From positions 58,350 to 122,349 of IMG/VR virus record IMGVR_UViG_3300036846_000555: a stretch of 64,000 nt of DNA; one strand, given 5' to 3'. Origin of the DNA: a virus. The notes beneath the pieces were generated by a model. It was not told where the DNA came from, ran no database searches, and saw only the letters and a list, made by a program, of their open reading frames with translations. This document shows, piece after piece, positions 27,929 to 37,200 of the stretch (position 1 is the first letter of the stretch; every line of letters begins with the position of its first letter). A program made the position numbers and the translations under genes.

Positions 27929-28170
27929 GCGAGTTCTCGCTCAACCACGAGATGCCTAACGGCGCGTCCATCGCCGACTGGCTCGGCACTGCCGCATCCG
28001 CCGCGCGCGGCGCGGCGTGGTACATCGAGGACGTCCGCGGCGCGGAGACCGAGCACCAACGCAAGGTGGGCACCGCGCGGATGAAGCTGCGCAAGGCCAT
28101 GGAGCAGCTCAAGCAGGCGCAGAGCGAGATCGAGGCCGTCCTGCTTTACACCCGCGGGGAGGAGGAGTGA
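27925..28170 (+). CDS. Hypothetical protein
   Basis: ATGA coupling. Confidence 0.6.
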   Translation: MSEFSLNHEMPNGASIADWLGTAASAARGAAWYIEDVRGAETEHQRKVGTARMKLRKAMEQLKQAQSEIEAVLLYTRGEEE

Positions 28171-28721
28171 GCAAGGGCAACCCCCGCACGTGGGATCCGC
28201 TGGTCATCGGACCGGCCTCCCGCGGCGACGGGCGCCCGAGCATGGCGCAGGCCTTCTACGAGAGCGGCGGCCGCAAGCACTTCTTCACCTACCGGGAGAA
28301 CATCCCCGCGACGAAGTGCCTCGGCTTCCGCAACCGGCTGTACAACGGGTTCGCGCTCGTGTTCGAAGACGGGTCCATGCACCTGAGCTTCAAACGCAAC
28401 GACCGCGCCGCCGTCCGCGACTGGCGTCACTTCCAGGCGATCAAGAACGAGGTCGCCGGGCCCGAGCGCGAGGCGGTCGAGATCTTCCCGCCCGAGTCGA
28501 TGCTGGTCGACGCCGCCAACGAGTACCACCTTTGGGTGCTGCCGGAGGGCAAGATGAGCCCGCTCGGCTTCATCGTCCGGCAGGTAGCGGAGCAGGTACA
28601 GGACGACACCGTCCACCACGACCACGCGCTGTACCGCCAGACCGGCCAGTCCGGCTACCGGCAGCGGGCGTGGGAGCCCGGCCTGCCGACCGGCCCGACG
28701 ACCGGGCCAGTCACCACTTAG
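28167..28721 (+). CDS. DUF7694-like protein
   Basis: HLSFKRND...DWRHFQAIKNEVAGPEREAVEIFPPESMLVDAANEYHLWV. Confidence 0.7.
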   Translation: MSKGNPRTWDPLVIGPASRGDGRPSMAQAFYESGGRKHFFTYRENIPATKCLGFRNRLYNGFALVFEDGSMHLSFKRNDRAAVRDWRHFQAIKNEVAGPEREAVEIFPPESMLVDAANEYHLWVLPEGKMSPLGFIVRQVAEQVQDDTVHHDHALYRQTGQSGYRQRAWEPGLPTGPTTGPVTT

Positions 28722-28783
28722 CGCACGATATGTGCTACAATGTAGGTGCGGTCAGAAGAGCCGCGAATCCCCCGACCGAGGAG
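28720..28783 (+). promoter_or_regulatory. Dyad promoter-hairpin-SD cassette
   Basis: AGCGCACGATATGTGC-TACAAT; GCGGTC/GAGCCGC stem; CCGACCGAGGAG. Confidence 0.8.
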
Positions 28784-28788
28784 AAACA

Positions 28789-29109
28789 GTGAGCACAGCA
28801 GCCGAGTTCCGTGAGTGCGACACCCAGCAGATCGTCGCGCAGATCGGCTTCATGAACATCGCCGCGATCAGCGGCGGGCGGATCATCCGCCGCGACACCG
28901 GGATCACCCTGCCCGTCGGCGCCGGATACAGCGTCACCGTCGACCTGGACTGGGGCGACGACTACGTCGTCCGGCGCGTCTTCAAGCGCGGCGCCAAGGT
29001 CTGGATCAAGGGCGAGCAGCGCGGCGTCTACTGCGACGAGGTGGGCGAGGTGGCCTACCGCGCGTCCTGCTTCCGCAACGGCGCCTGGGGCGAGGAGGTG
29101 ACGGCGTGA
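28789..29109 (+). CDS. Conserved actinophage-type hypothetical protein
   Basis: QIGFMNIAAISGGR...VDLDWGDDYVVRR...VYCDEVGE. Confidence 0.7.
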   Translation: MSTAAEFRECDTQQIVAQIGFMNIAAISGGRIIRRDTGITLPVGAGYSVTVDLDWGDDYVVRRVFKRGAKVWIKGEQRGVYCDEVGEVAYRASCFRNGAWGEEVTA

Positions 29110-29321
29110 GCATCGAAGCAGCAGAGATAGCGGCCCGGCGCTCGATCACCGAGGAGCAGGCCGAGGCGCTCGTCGAAGCGGCCCGGCCGCTCTGGTCAGC
29201 GCTGGAGGACGTCGGCTTTGTCGATGCCCACGGCGGCGCGGAGTTCGCGCGGATCTTCCCGGAGACCATCGACGCGATCCACAAGCTCGCCAACCCCCTG
29301 GCCTACGAGGAGATCGCATGA
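29106..29321 (+). CDS. Hypothetical protein
   Basis: GTGA coupling, SD GAGGAGG. Confidence 0.6.
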   Translation: MSIEAAEIAARRSITEEQAEALVEAARPLWSALEDVGFVDAHGGAEFARIFPETIDAIHKLANPLAYEEIA

Positions 29322-29611
29322 CGAGCGCGCTCTCAGCCTACGAGCAGTGGATGGTGACCAGCAACCTGAAGACCATCCGCGAGACCCGCGTGACCGCTGC
29401 CGAGCAGGCCGCGATCCTGCGAGCGAATGGCTACTCCCGCATCGCAGACGCGATCGAGATCGAGACCGCCAAGGCGGAGATCCGCCGCACGGTCATGGCC
29501 CGCTTCGGCGGCCACTTCGGCGGCGCCTTGACCGGCGTCGAAGTCAGCGACGACGACGCCCGCCGGTACATCGGCGGCGCCACCATCGACGAGCTGCTGG
29601 AGGCATCATGA
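29318..29611 (+). CDS. Hypothetical protein
   Basis: ATGA coupling. Confidence 0.6.
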   Translation: MTSALSAYEQWMVTSNLKTIRETRVTAAEQAAILRANGYSRIADAIEIETAKAEIRRTVMARFGGHFGGALTGVEVSDDDARRYIGGATIDELLEAS

Positions 29612-29820
29612 CCAAGCTCGTGATCGCCTACACGCGCGGGCGCAAGCTGCACGCCGCCCGCCTTGACGAGGGCCGCACCAGTGGCGCGACGCTCTGCGGA
29701 AGCTACGGCTTCCAGCACCCGCGCTTCGACAGCGGCACCGGCACGGCAGTGGGGTTGACGCTCCGCTTCAACGGCGGCTGCGCGCACTGCATCCGCGCAC
29801 TGGACAGGACAGGCGCATGA
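29608..29820 (+). CDS. Small Zn-binding protein
   Basis: KLH...TLCG...CAHC. Confidence 0.55.
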   Translation: MTKLVIAYTRGRKLHAARLDEGRTSGATLCGSYGFQHPRFDSGTGTAVGLTLRFNGGCAHCIRALDRTGA

Positions 29821-30161
29821 GCCTGTCCTTCACCACGAGCCGCGACGGCGCCCGGCGAGCAACGGTCCGGCTCGACCACCGAGTCGGCCTGGAGCAGCTC
29901 GCGACGGCAGCGGCGCTGGCGCTGGACGAGGGCTACCTGGAGGGCGAGGATCTCGACGCGCGCGCGGCCCGCCTGACCAGGCGCGACATCGAGCGAGAGC
30001 TGCGCGACCGACTGCAGGCCGGTGGCGACGACGGCTTCCTGTTCGTCGGCGAGCGCAGCTTCATGGGCTACGAGCTGTTCGACGAGACCGTCGCAGGCGC
30101 CTGCCGTGCCCGCGTGCTGGCGCTGTGGCCCGAGCTGACCCCGACCGAGGAGACGACATGA
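29817..30161 (+). CDS. Hypothetical protein
   Basis: ATGA coupling. Confidence 0.6.
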   Translation: MSLSFTTSRDGARRATVRLDHRVGLEQLATAAALALDEGYLEGEDLDARAARLTRRDIERELRDRLQAGGDDGFLFVGERSFMGYELFDETVAGACRARVLALWPELTPTEETT

Positions 30162-30772
30162 CCATGACCACCACCGAGACACCACGCATCTGGATCGCCG
30201 ACCTGGCCGCCTACAACAACGGCGTGCTGCACGGCCGGTGGGTTGACGCCACCGACGCCGCCGAGCTGACCGAGGCCAAGGACCAGATCCTCGCCTCCAG
30301 CCCCGAGCCCGGCGCGGAGGAGTGGGCCATCCACGACTACGACGGCTTCGGCAGCGACCTGACCTACAAGCTCGGCGAGTACGCCAGCTTCGACACGATC
30401 GCGAAGCTCGGCGCGCTGATCGAGGAGTACGGCGACGAGTTCCTCGCCTACGTCTCCGCGGTCGAGCCCGCCCCCGAGGACATTGACGAGCGCAGCTTCC
30501 AGGAGGCCCGCCGCGGCGCCTGGGACAGCGAGGCCGACTGGGCCCGCGACCGCGTCGAGAGCCTCGGCTACGAGGGCGTCCAGCCCGGCGAGTACGTCCC
30601 CAAGGACGACCGCGGCTGGAGCAGCAGCGACGGCGCGATCGACGTGATCGACCTGCTGCTGAATCACCTTGACCTGGACATGGTCGCGCGCGACTGCAGC
30701 GCCAACGGCGAGGTGGACTTCGCGACCGTCAACGGCACCGTTTACGCCTTCGACCCGAACGCGGGTAGGTGA
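30158..30772 (+). CDS. ardA: ArdA antirestriction protein (type I RM DNA mimic)
   Basis: RIWIADLAAYNNGVLHGRWVD...EEWAIHDYDGF...LGEY; highly acidic. Confidence 0.9.
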   Translation: MTMTTTETPRIWIADLAAYNNGVLHGRWVDATDAAELTEAKDQILASSPEPGAEEWAIHDYDGFGSDLTYKLGEYASFDTIAKLGALIEEYGDEFLAYVSAVEPAPEDIDERSFQEARRGAWDSEADWARDRVESLGYEGVQPGEYVPKDDRGWSSSDGAIDVIDLLLNHLDLDMVARDCSANGEVDFATVNGTVYAFDPNAGR

Positions 30773-30797
30773 GGCGACAAAGCTGCGGATGGGGGCA

Positions 30798-30823
30798 CCG
30801 GGTGAGCGGGGCGGCTCACCCGG
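30798..30823 (+). terminator. Hairpin after ardA
   Basis: CCGGGTGAGC-6nt-GCTCACCCGG 10-bp stem; second stem follows. Confidence 0.5.
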
Positions 30824-30872
30824 ACGCAGACCGAGCAAGGGGGCCGCGTGGGGCGCGCGGCCCTCAGCTCAA

Positions 30873-30923
30873 AACACAAGACTTGTGCTACACTGAGCGC
30901 ATTGACCAACCCGACCGAGGAGG
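30873..30923 (+). promoter_or_regulatory. Variant promoter plus SD
   Basis: AACACAAGACTTGTGC-TACACT; CCGACCGAGGAGG. Confidence 0.65.
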
Positions 30924-30927
30924 AAAC

Positions 30928-31242
30928 ATGAGCAGCAGCAAGGTCAAGATCATGGGCGCTGACACCGTCATCGCCCTGAACAAGAAGGCAGTCCTGAAGA
31001 GATACAACCGCACGCTGAGCAGCAAGTTCATCGGGCGGCTTGACGACGACGGCGTCAACATCGTCGTCACGCAACTGCTGCACGGCGACGGCGACTACGT
31101 CCGCACGCTGACGATGTTCAAGCTCGCCGACCGCGACGAGCCCGTCGAGGCCTGGTTCGACATCAGCCTGGACGGCTTCAACCGGCTCGCTGAAGTCGAG
31201 CGCCAGCCCGACGGCACGTACGACGTCAAGGCGGCGACGTGA
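30928..31242 (+). CDS. Hypothetical protein
   Basis: After promoter and SD. Confidence 0.7.
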   Translation: MSSSKVKIMGADTVIALNKKAVLKRYNRTLSSKFIGRLDDDGVNIVVTQLLHGDGDYVRTLTMFKLADRDEPVEAWFDISLDGFNRLAEVERQPDGTYDVKAAT

Positions 31243-31514
31243 GCGCCAGGATCCTGGTAGGCCATGAGGAGGGCGACAGCGGCTACGAGACCGCGCTCGC
31301 TTGCCTGTTTGACAGCGTCACCGGCTGGGCGTTCGGCCCGGTGTTCCGCCGCGGCGACGACGGCGAGTCCCCCGAGGACGCCGCGCAGGCGTTCCTCGAC
31401 TGGCTGGAGGAGACCGAAGGGACCGACCCGCGAGTGGTCGGTCCGCGCGAGCTGGAGGAGCTGCACGGCCGCTGGCACAAGGAGCACTACCCGCAGGCGC
31501 GCACGAACCTGTAA
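31239..31514 (+). CDS. Hypothetical protein
   Basis: GTGA coupling; ACLFDSVTGWAFGPVF. Confidence 0.65.
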   Translation: MSARILVGHEEGDSGYETALACLFDSVTGWAFGPVFRRGDDGESPEDAAQAFLDWLEETEGTDPRVVGPRELEELHGRWHKEHYPQARTNL

Positions 31515-31608
31515 GCCGTTTGACCCGTCCGGCCCGGCCGGACGTACGCTCGGATCGTGGGTGCGATCCGCCTGTGGAGGCCCGCGAGGGCGGCAGTAAG
31601 GTTGGCGC

Positions 31609-31983
31609 GTGAGCGAGTACTTCGAACGCGTCGTCGTACCGCACCCCGCCGAGCCGCCCTGCCCCGCCGGTGCCCTGGTCTCGGAAGCGGCTGGGGGCAC
31701 CGGCTGCATCTGTCGCATCACCCGGAACCTGATCGACAGCCGACGGAACCCTTCGACACTGCGGGCCTACTGCTTCAGCTCGGACGGCTATCAGACGTGC
31801 CCCACGTGGCGCGCCGACCGCGAGGAGCTATGGCGCAGCAAGACGACCCGCGACCTACTGGACCGCCGCGGGGATCTCGTCGCGGGACACCCGGAGGACC
31901 GGGAGCGCAACCAGGGGCTGGCGATGGCGATCGAAGCACAGGAGCGCGAGGCGTGGCTGTCGCAGAAAGAACGCGAGCGCTAG
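31609..31983 (+). CDS. Cys-rich hypothetical protein, possibly part of the head module
   Basis: C...CIC...C...CPTW; codon bias. Confidence 0.6.
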   Translation: MSEYFERVVVPHPAEPPCPAGALVSEAAGGTGCICRITRNLIDSRRNPSTLRAYCFSSDGYQTCPTWRADREELWRSKTTRDLLDRRGDLVAGHPEDRERNQGLAMAIEAQEREAWLSQKERER

Positions 31984-32150
31984 CCACGCACGTGTACGTG
32001 ACGGACGAGAGCACGCTCCTGTACGTGCTGGAGATCGGCGCTCCCGACGCCGCCGTCGTCGAGGACGTGCTGACCGGCAACATCGTCAAGATGAGAGCGT
32101 CGGCGCTGCGCGAGTGGCGCGTCGTCACCCCGATGGAGAGCGATGGCTGA
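31953..32150 (+). CDS. Hypothetical protein
   Basis: Overlaps portal start. Confidence 0.5.
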   Translation: MAVAERTRALATHVYVTDESTLLYVLEIGAPDAAVVEDVLTGNIVKMRASALREWRVVTPMESDG

Positions 32151-34191
32151 CTGGCTGAACCGGCTGCAGGAGGCCGCCGAGATCCGGACCGGCAAGAAGG
32201 TCGTCGACGCCGACTACGTCGAGCTGCTGGAGGCCTCAGACGTCGAGCGGCGCGCCATGCAGAAGGAGCTGGATCTCCTCGGCTGGTACGTGCTCGACTA
32301 TATAGGCGGGCAGCCTCAGGAGGTCAAGCCTCAGGAGCGCCGTCGGATGGCGGCGCAGGCGCGCATGGTGTGGGTGCAGGACCCGGTCGCTGGAGCCAAC
32401 GTCGAGCTGTCCTGCAACTTCATCTTCGGCCGCGGCGTCCCGAAGCCGAAGGCCGCCGACGAGAAGGTGCAGGAGGTCATCGACGAGGCGTGGGACGACT
32501 CGGACAACAAGGCGGTGCTGACCACCTACCCGGCGCAGGTGGCGCTCTGCACCGATCTCGTACTCCAGTCCAACCTGTTCCTGCTGTTCTTCCAGGGCGA
32601 CGACGGCAAGGTCAAGCTCGGCCTGCTCGACCACGACTCCGTCGAGGACGTCGTCCGCGACTCCAACAACCGGCTGCGGGTCCTGTACTACGTCGCCCGG
32701 CGCCGCACCTACGGCTGGGACTTCGACAACGACCGGCCGTCCATCCGGGCTCAGATGGACAGCCAGGATCCCAGCAAGCCGCGGGTCATGTACTACCAGT
32801 CGCTCGCCGCCACCGACTCCGAGACCGGCGAGCTGGACACCGAGGACAACCAGTGCCCGCCGACCAAGCTCGGCGACGGGCTCGTCTACCACATCGCCAT
32901 CAACCGCGGCTCCGAGCAGGTGTTCGGCGTCCCGGCGATGCGCCGCCTCGTCAAGTGGATGGCCGCCCTGAACGACTTCATGGCCGCCCGCGTCGACCTG
33001 ACGCAGGCCGCCGCCGCGTTCATCATGCGCCGGTCGGTGAAAGGCTCACCGCAGCAGGTGGCGAACATCGCCGCCAAGGCCATCTCCCGCCGGTCGAACC
33101 TCGCGGCGACGTCGATCGACGACCCGTCAATGGGCATGATCCAGCCGGGCCCGCGACCCGGCTCGATCCTGAACGACTCCGACGCGGTCACGACGCAGCC
33201 GTTCACCGTCCCGACGCAGGCGGCGCAGGCGGCGCAGGACGCGCAGATGATCCGCTCCCAGATCAGCGCCGCGACCTGGCCGCAGCACTACCTCGGCGAC
33301 CAGTCCAACGCGAACCTCGCGACCGCGACCGCGCTGGAGCTGCCGGTCGTCAAGAAGGTCGAAGCGTTCCAGGAGCTGTTCGAAGGCCTGTTCCGCACGT
33401 TCATCGACCGGTCCATCCAGCAGGCCGTCGACAACGGCACGCTGCCGACCGCGCTCACGCCCGAGGAGCGCGCCAGGCTCAAGTCAAAGAAGCCGGAGAA
33501 CCAGGTGCCGGGCGCGCCGGGGATCACGCCGCCCGCCGCTCCGATCCAGACCGAGCCGCCGTCGTCGCAGACCGAGCCGAGCACGAACGGTGCCGCGCCA
33601 ACCGCGCTCAGCGCGGGCTACGAGGGCCAGACCGAGGACGAGGAGGACACCGAGCGCGACCTGAGCTATGAGTTCTCGATGCCGAATCCGCTGAAGCGCC
33701 AGATGGCCGACCTGGTCAACTCGATCGCGAACATCGCGCGCACCTTCGACCCGAACAACACCAACGTCGAGCTGTCCCGCACGCTGCTGGGCGTCGCACT
33801 CGGCCAGGGTCTGGAGCTGGCCGACCCGGCCGCCGCCGTCGAGCGGATCCTGCCCGAGGGGTACGTCGACCCGATGCTCGCGGCGCAGATGCAGGCAGGC
33901 GGCGGCGGAGGTCCGCCACCGCCGCCGCCGCCGCTGATCCCGGACGAGCCGAATATGTTCGGGCCCGGCGGCCCGGCACCCGGCGAGGGTCCGACGCCCG
34001 GCCAGGGCCCGGACGGCGAGCAGAACCCGTACGGCGCGCAGGGCTTCAGCTCCGCATACCAGGGCAACCAGGGCCAGATCGGCGAGGCGTCCGCGCGCCA
34101 GGCGGAGCTGGAGGCGCTGCTGGAGCAGGAGCTGGGCGCGATCGTCGACGGGCTGCTGGCCGAGGCCAGCACGAACGGCGACGGGCACTAG
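32143..34191 (+). CDS. Portal protein
   Basis: 682 aa; DPVAGANVELSCNFIFGRGV, HIAINRGSEQVFGVP, WPQHYLGDQSNANLATATALELP...FQELFE; followed by MuF protein. Confidence 0.85.
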   Translation: MADWLNRLQEAAEIRTGKKVVDADYVELLEASDVERRAMQKELDLLGWYVLDYIGGQPQEVKPQERRRMAAQARMVWVQDPVAGANVELSCNFIFGRGVPKPKAADEKVQEVIDEAWDDSDNKAVLTTYPAQVALCTDLVLQSNLFLLFFQGDDGKVKLGLLDHDSVEDVVRDSNNRLRVLYYVARRRTYGWDFDNDRPSIRAQMDSQDPSKPRVMYYQSLAATDSETGELDTEDNQCPPTKLGDGLVYHIAINRGSEQVFGVPAMRRLVKWMAALNDFMAARVDLTQAAAAFIMRRSVKGSPQQVANIAAKAISRRSNLAATSIDDPSMGMIQPGPRPGSILNDSDAVTTQPFTVPTQAAQAAQDAQMIRSQISAATWPQHYLGDQSNANLATATALELPVVKKVEAFQELFEGLFRTFIDRSIQQAVDNGTLPTALTPEERARLKSKKPENQVPGAPGITPPAAPIQTEPPSSQTEPSTNGAAPTALSAGYEGQTEDEEDTERDLSYEFSMPNPLKRQMADLVNSIANIARTFDPNNTNVELSRTLLGVALGQGLELADPAAAVERILPEGYVDPMLAAQMQAGGGGGPPPPPPPLIPDEPNMFGPGGPAPGEGPTPGQGPDGEQNPYGAQGFSSAYQGNQGQIGEASARQAELEALLEQELGAIVDGLLAEASTNGDGH

Positions 34192-34229
34192 TTTGCGCTA
34201 GCCGGTCAAGGCGCCCGTAGCCTTCAGGC

Positions 34230-37200
34230 GTGGCGGTCCCCGACCAGCAGGCACCACCGCAGACGCATCCGCAGGTTCAGCGCCTGCTCGACGCTGCGCA
34301 GACCGGCGCGACCATCGCCGCCGCCGGTCAGGTCACGAAGGCGGCGACCGTCGGTCCGGGAATCGCGGTCGCGGCGCCAGCGGTCGCCGCGGGCAAGATC
34401 GTATCGGCGGCCGCCGAGCCGGTGGAGTTCGGCATCAAGGTCGCGCTCGCGCTCCGGATCCTGCGCCGCCTGTTCCGCGGCCACAAGATGGAGAGCGCGA
34501 GCTGGCTGGAGAACGAGCTGCGCCGCCGCTTCCCCGACGCCGACCCGGCCGTGATCCGCGCCGCGGTGCAACGCGAGATGACGTTCGAACAGGCGTTCCA
34601 ACGCAAGGCGCTGGCCCGCACCGAGACCGACATGCACGCCGCCGGGCAGCTCCCGACGCCGCGGGCGCGCGCCAAGCGTGCCGGGGAGATCATCGCCCGC
34701 GAGAAGCACTACAACGCGCTGCGCGAAAAGGCGCTGCTGAACCGCGCGGTCGCGCATGTCGAGAACGCCGGGGTCAAGGCCGTCTCACCGCAGGGCGCGA
34801 AGTGGGTGCTCGGCCAGCGCAAGAACCACACGCTCGGGTGCCTGGCGCTGGCGGGCAAGAACTGGCCGTGGGAAGTGCTGGACATGATTCCGCCGCCGCT
34901 GCACACCGGCTGTGGCTGCAGCCTTGCGCCGCTGAAGCCGGGCGACACGGTGCCGCCGGTGGCGCAGGCGCTGCGCGCCGCGCAGGCCGCCATGGCGCTG
35001 GAGGAGGCTGTCCGCAGCGTCGCTGACGCCGGGGAGATCAACGCCTACCTGGACGGCTGGCCGGTCCGGCCGAGCGTCGAGCGCGCGCTCATGCAGCTCA
35101 CCGAGGCCGACTACAAAGAAGCGCTTCATCCCCGTGGCCGCGGTGGCCGCTGGGTGCAGATCCTGAACAAGATCAAGGCCGCGAAGATGGACGACATCAC
35201 CGACGTCGAGGGCCACAGCGTCATGCGGCTCAAGGACGAGGGCTACAGCGTCCGCGTCGGCGCCGGGAACCGGGTCAGGACGCACGATCCGGAGGTGGTC
35301 GCTGACGCGATCGTGAAGCATCTGGACGAGCGGGCGAAGCTGGGCACGCCGGTGACGCTGGCGAACATGGACGACAACTTCCAGAAGTGGTTCAGCCCGC
35401 AGAAGCTGGACGGCGGCAAGGAGACCCATCCGAAGTCCGGCTACGACGTGCATGTCGGCAAGTGGCTGTCGGTCAAGCAGCCCGAGCCCGACGTCGACGG
35501 CCCGCCGATCTTCAAGGTGACCGACTACGGCGCGCACGCTGGCGAGCAGATGTTCCCGACGGATGCCGGGACGCAGCCGATCCGGGAGCTGTACCGCGGC
35601 ATGAGCATCGACGAGTGGAACCAAGCCGTCGAACGTGGGTACATCCAGTCAGACCGGCGCGGCGTGATCGGAAGCTGGGAGGGCACGAACGCCGGGATCG
35701 ACCCGCAGACGTCGCAGTCCTACCTGCCGCGCGGCGCGGAGTCGGTGATCGCGAAGATCGCCGTGCGGCCCGAGGATGGGTGGTTCGCCCGCAACGAGGA
35801 CGGTTACCTGCGCACACGCAACCGGGTCCCGATGAGCCAGGTGACGGCCGTCTCGCCCGTCCTGTACAAGGATCCCGACGAGGGCCTGTTCGTGCGGTCT
35901 GACTCAACCTCGGCTGCTAAACTCACAAAGGAAGCTAATGGACAACGAACAGCTCAAACAAGAGGCGCTGCTGGGAGCGGTGGACGAGCACGGGGAGCCA
36001 ACCTGGTTTCACTCGCCTCGCTCGATGCGTCCACCGACGCCGGATACAAGCGCTACACCGACGCCGTCCGAGCCAACCCCCACTCCGAGTACGTCACCCA
36101 GCCGTCCCAAGCAGAGCTAGGCGCCAAGCGGGTCTGGCTCTCGGACGACGGTCAGACCGGCGTCACCGTCTCGGCGGACGGCGAGGTCGGGAACCTGTTC
36201 GCCAACAACGACCAGGGCGCCGGAGGCGCGGCGCTTGATCACGCCGTCGCGAACGGCGGCACGTGGCTGAACTGCTTCGACGGGGCGCTCCCGAAGATCT
36301 ACCAGCGCCACGGGTTCACCGAGGTCGCGCGCCTGAAGTTCGACCCGGAGCACAAGCCTGAGGGCTGGGACATGGCGAGCCTGGACTCGCCCGACGTCGT
36401 GTTCATGGGCCACGGCGGCGAGCCGGTGCATCCGGTGCCGACGTTCACCGACTGGGACACTGCCGAGCGCGCCGTGCTGGAGCACATCGGGGCGCTGCAG
36501 GAGGCGCACTGGACCGAGTGGCTGCACCCCCGCGGCCGGGGTGGTGTCTGGGTGGACGCGATCCACCACGAGATCAAGGAGCCCAAGGCCGAGAAGCCGC
36601 ACGCGGAGTTCACCGGCGAGGACTTCGCCCGGGCGATGGACGGCTTCACGCACGGCGGGATCACCGCGGTGCGCGCGAACCGCACCAGTGTCCAGAACCT
36701 GTACGGCGAGGTGTGGCTGAACCTGCAGAAGCAGGGCGAGATCCGGCCGGTCGGGCTGGCGCGCGTGATCGTCAAGCCGCCCAACCACCGCGGCGAGCGT
36801 GTCGCGGAGCTGGCGAACATCTACCTGCACGAGGACGAGCAGGAGCACGGCTTCGGCCGGGCGTTCACCGACTACTTCCTCAAGACGCTGCGCGACGGCG
36901 GCGTGGACAAGGTCAACGTCGAGGCCGTCTCCGTCGGCGGCTACGCGTGGGCCCGGCGCGGCTTTCAGTGGACGGCCGACAAGAAGGCCGAGCAGCAGCG
37001 GATCGTCGCCGACGCCAAGACCGACGGGCGCTGGGCGGAGATCGCCCGGCGCACACCACCGGCGGCGCTGGCCGAGTTCGAAGGCAAGATCGAGCGCGGA
37101 GAGTTCTCCTCCGAGGCGGAGCTGGCCGCCTACGGCATCGACCAGGGATGGCGCGAGTCTGACCCGGCGACCGGCGCGAGCACCGGCGCGCGGATGTGGC

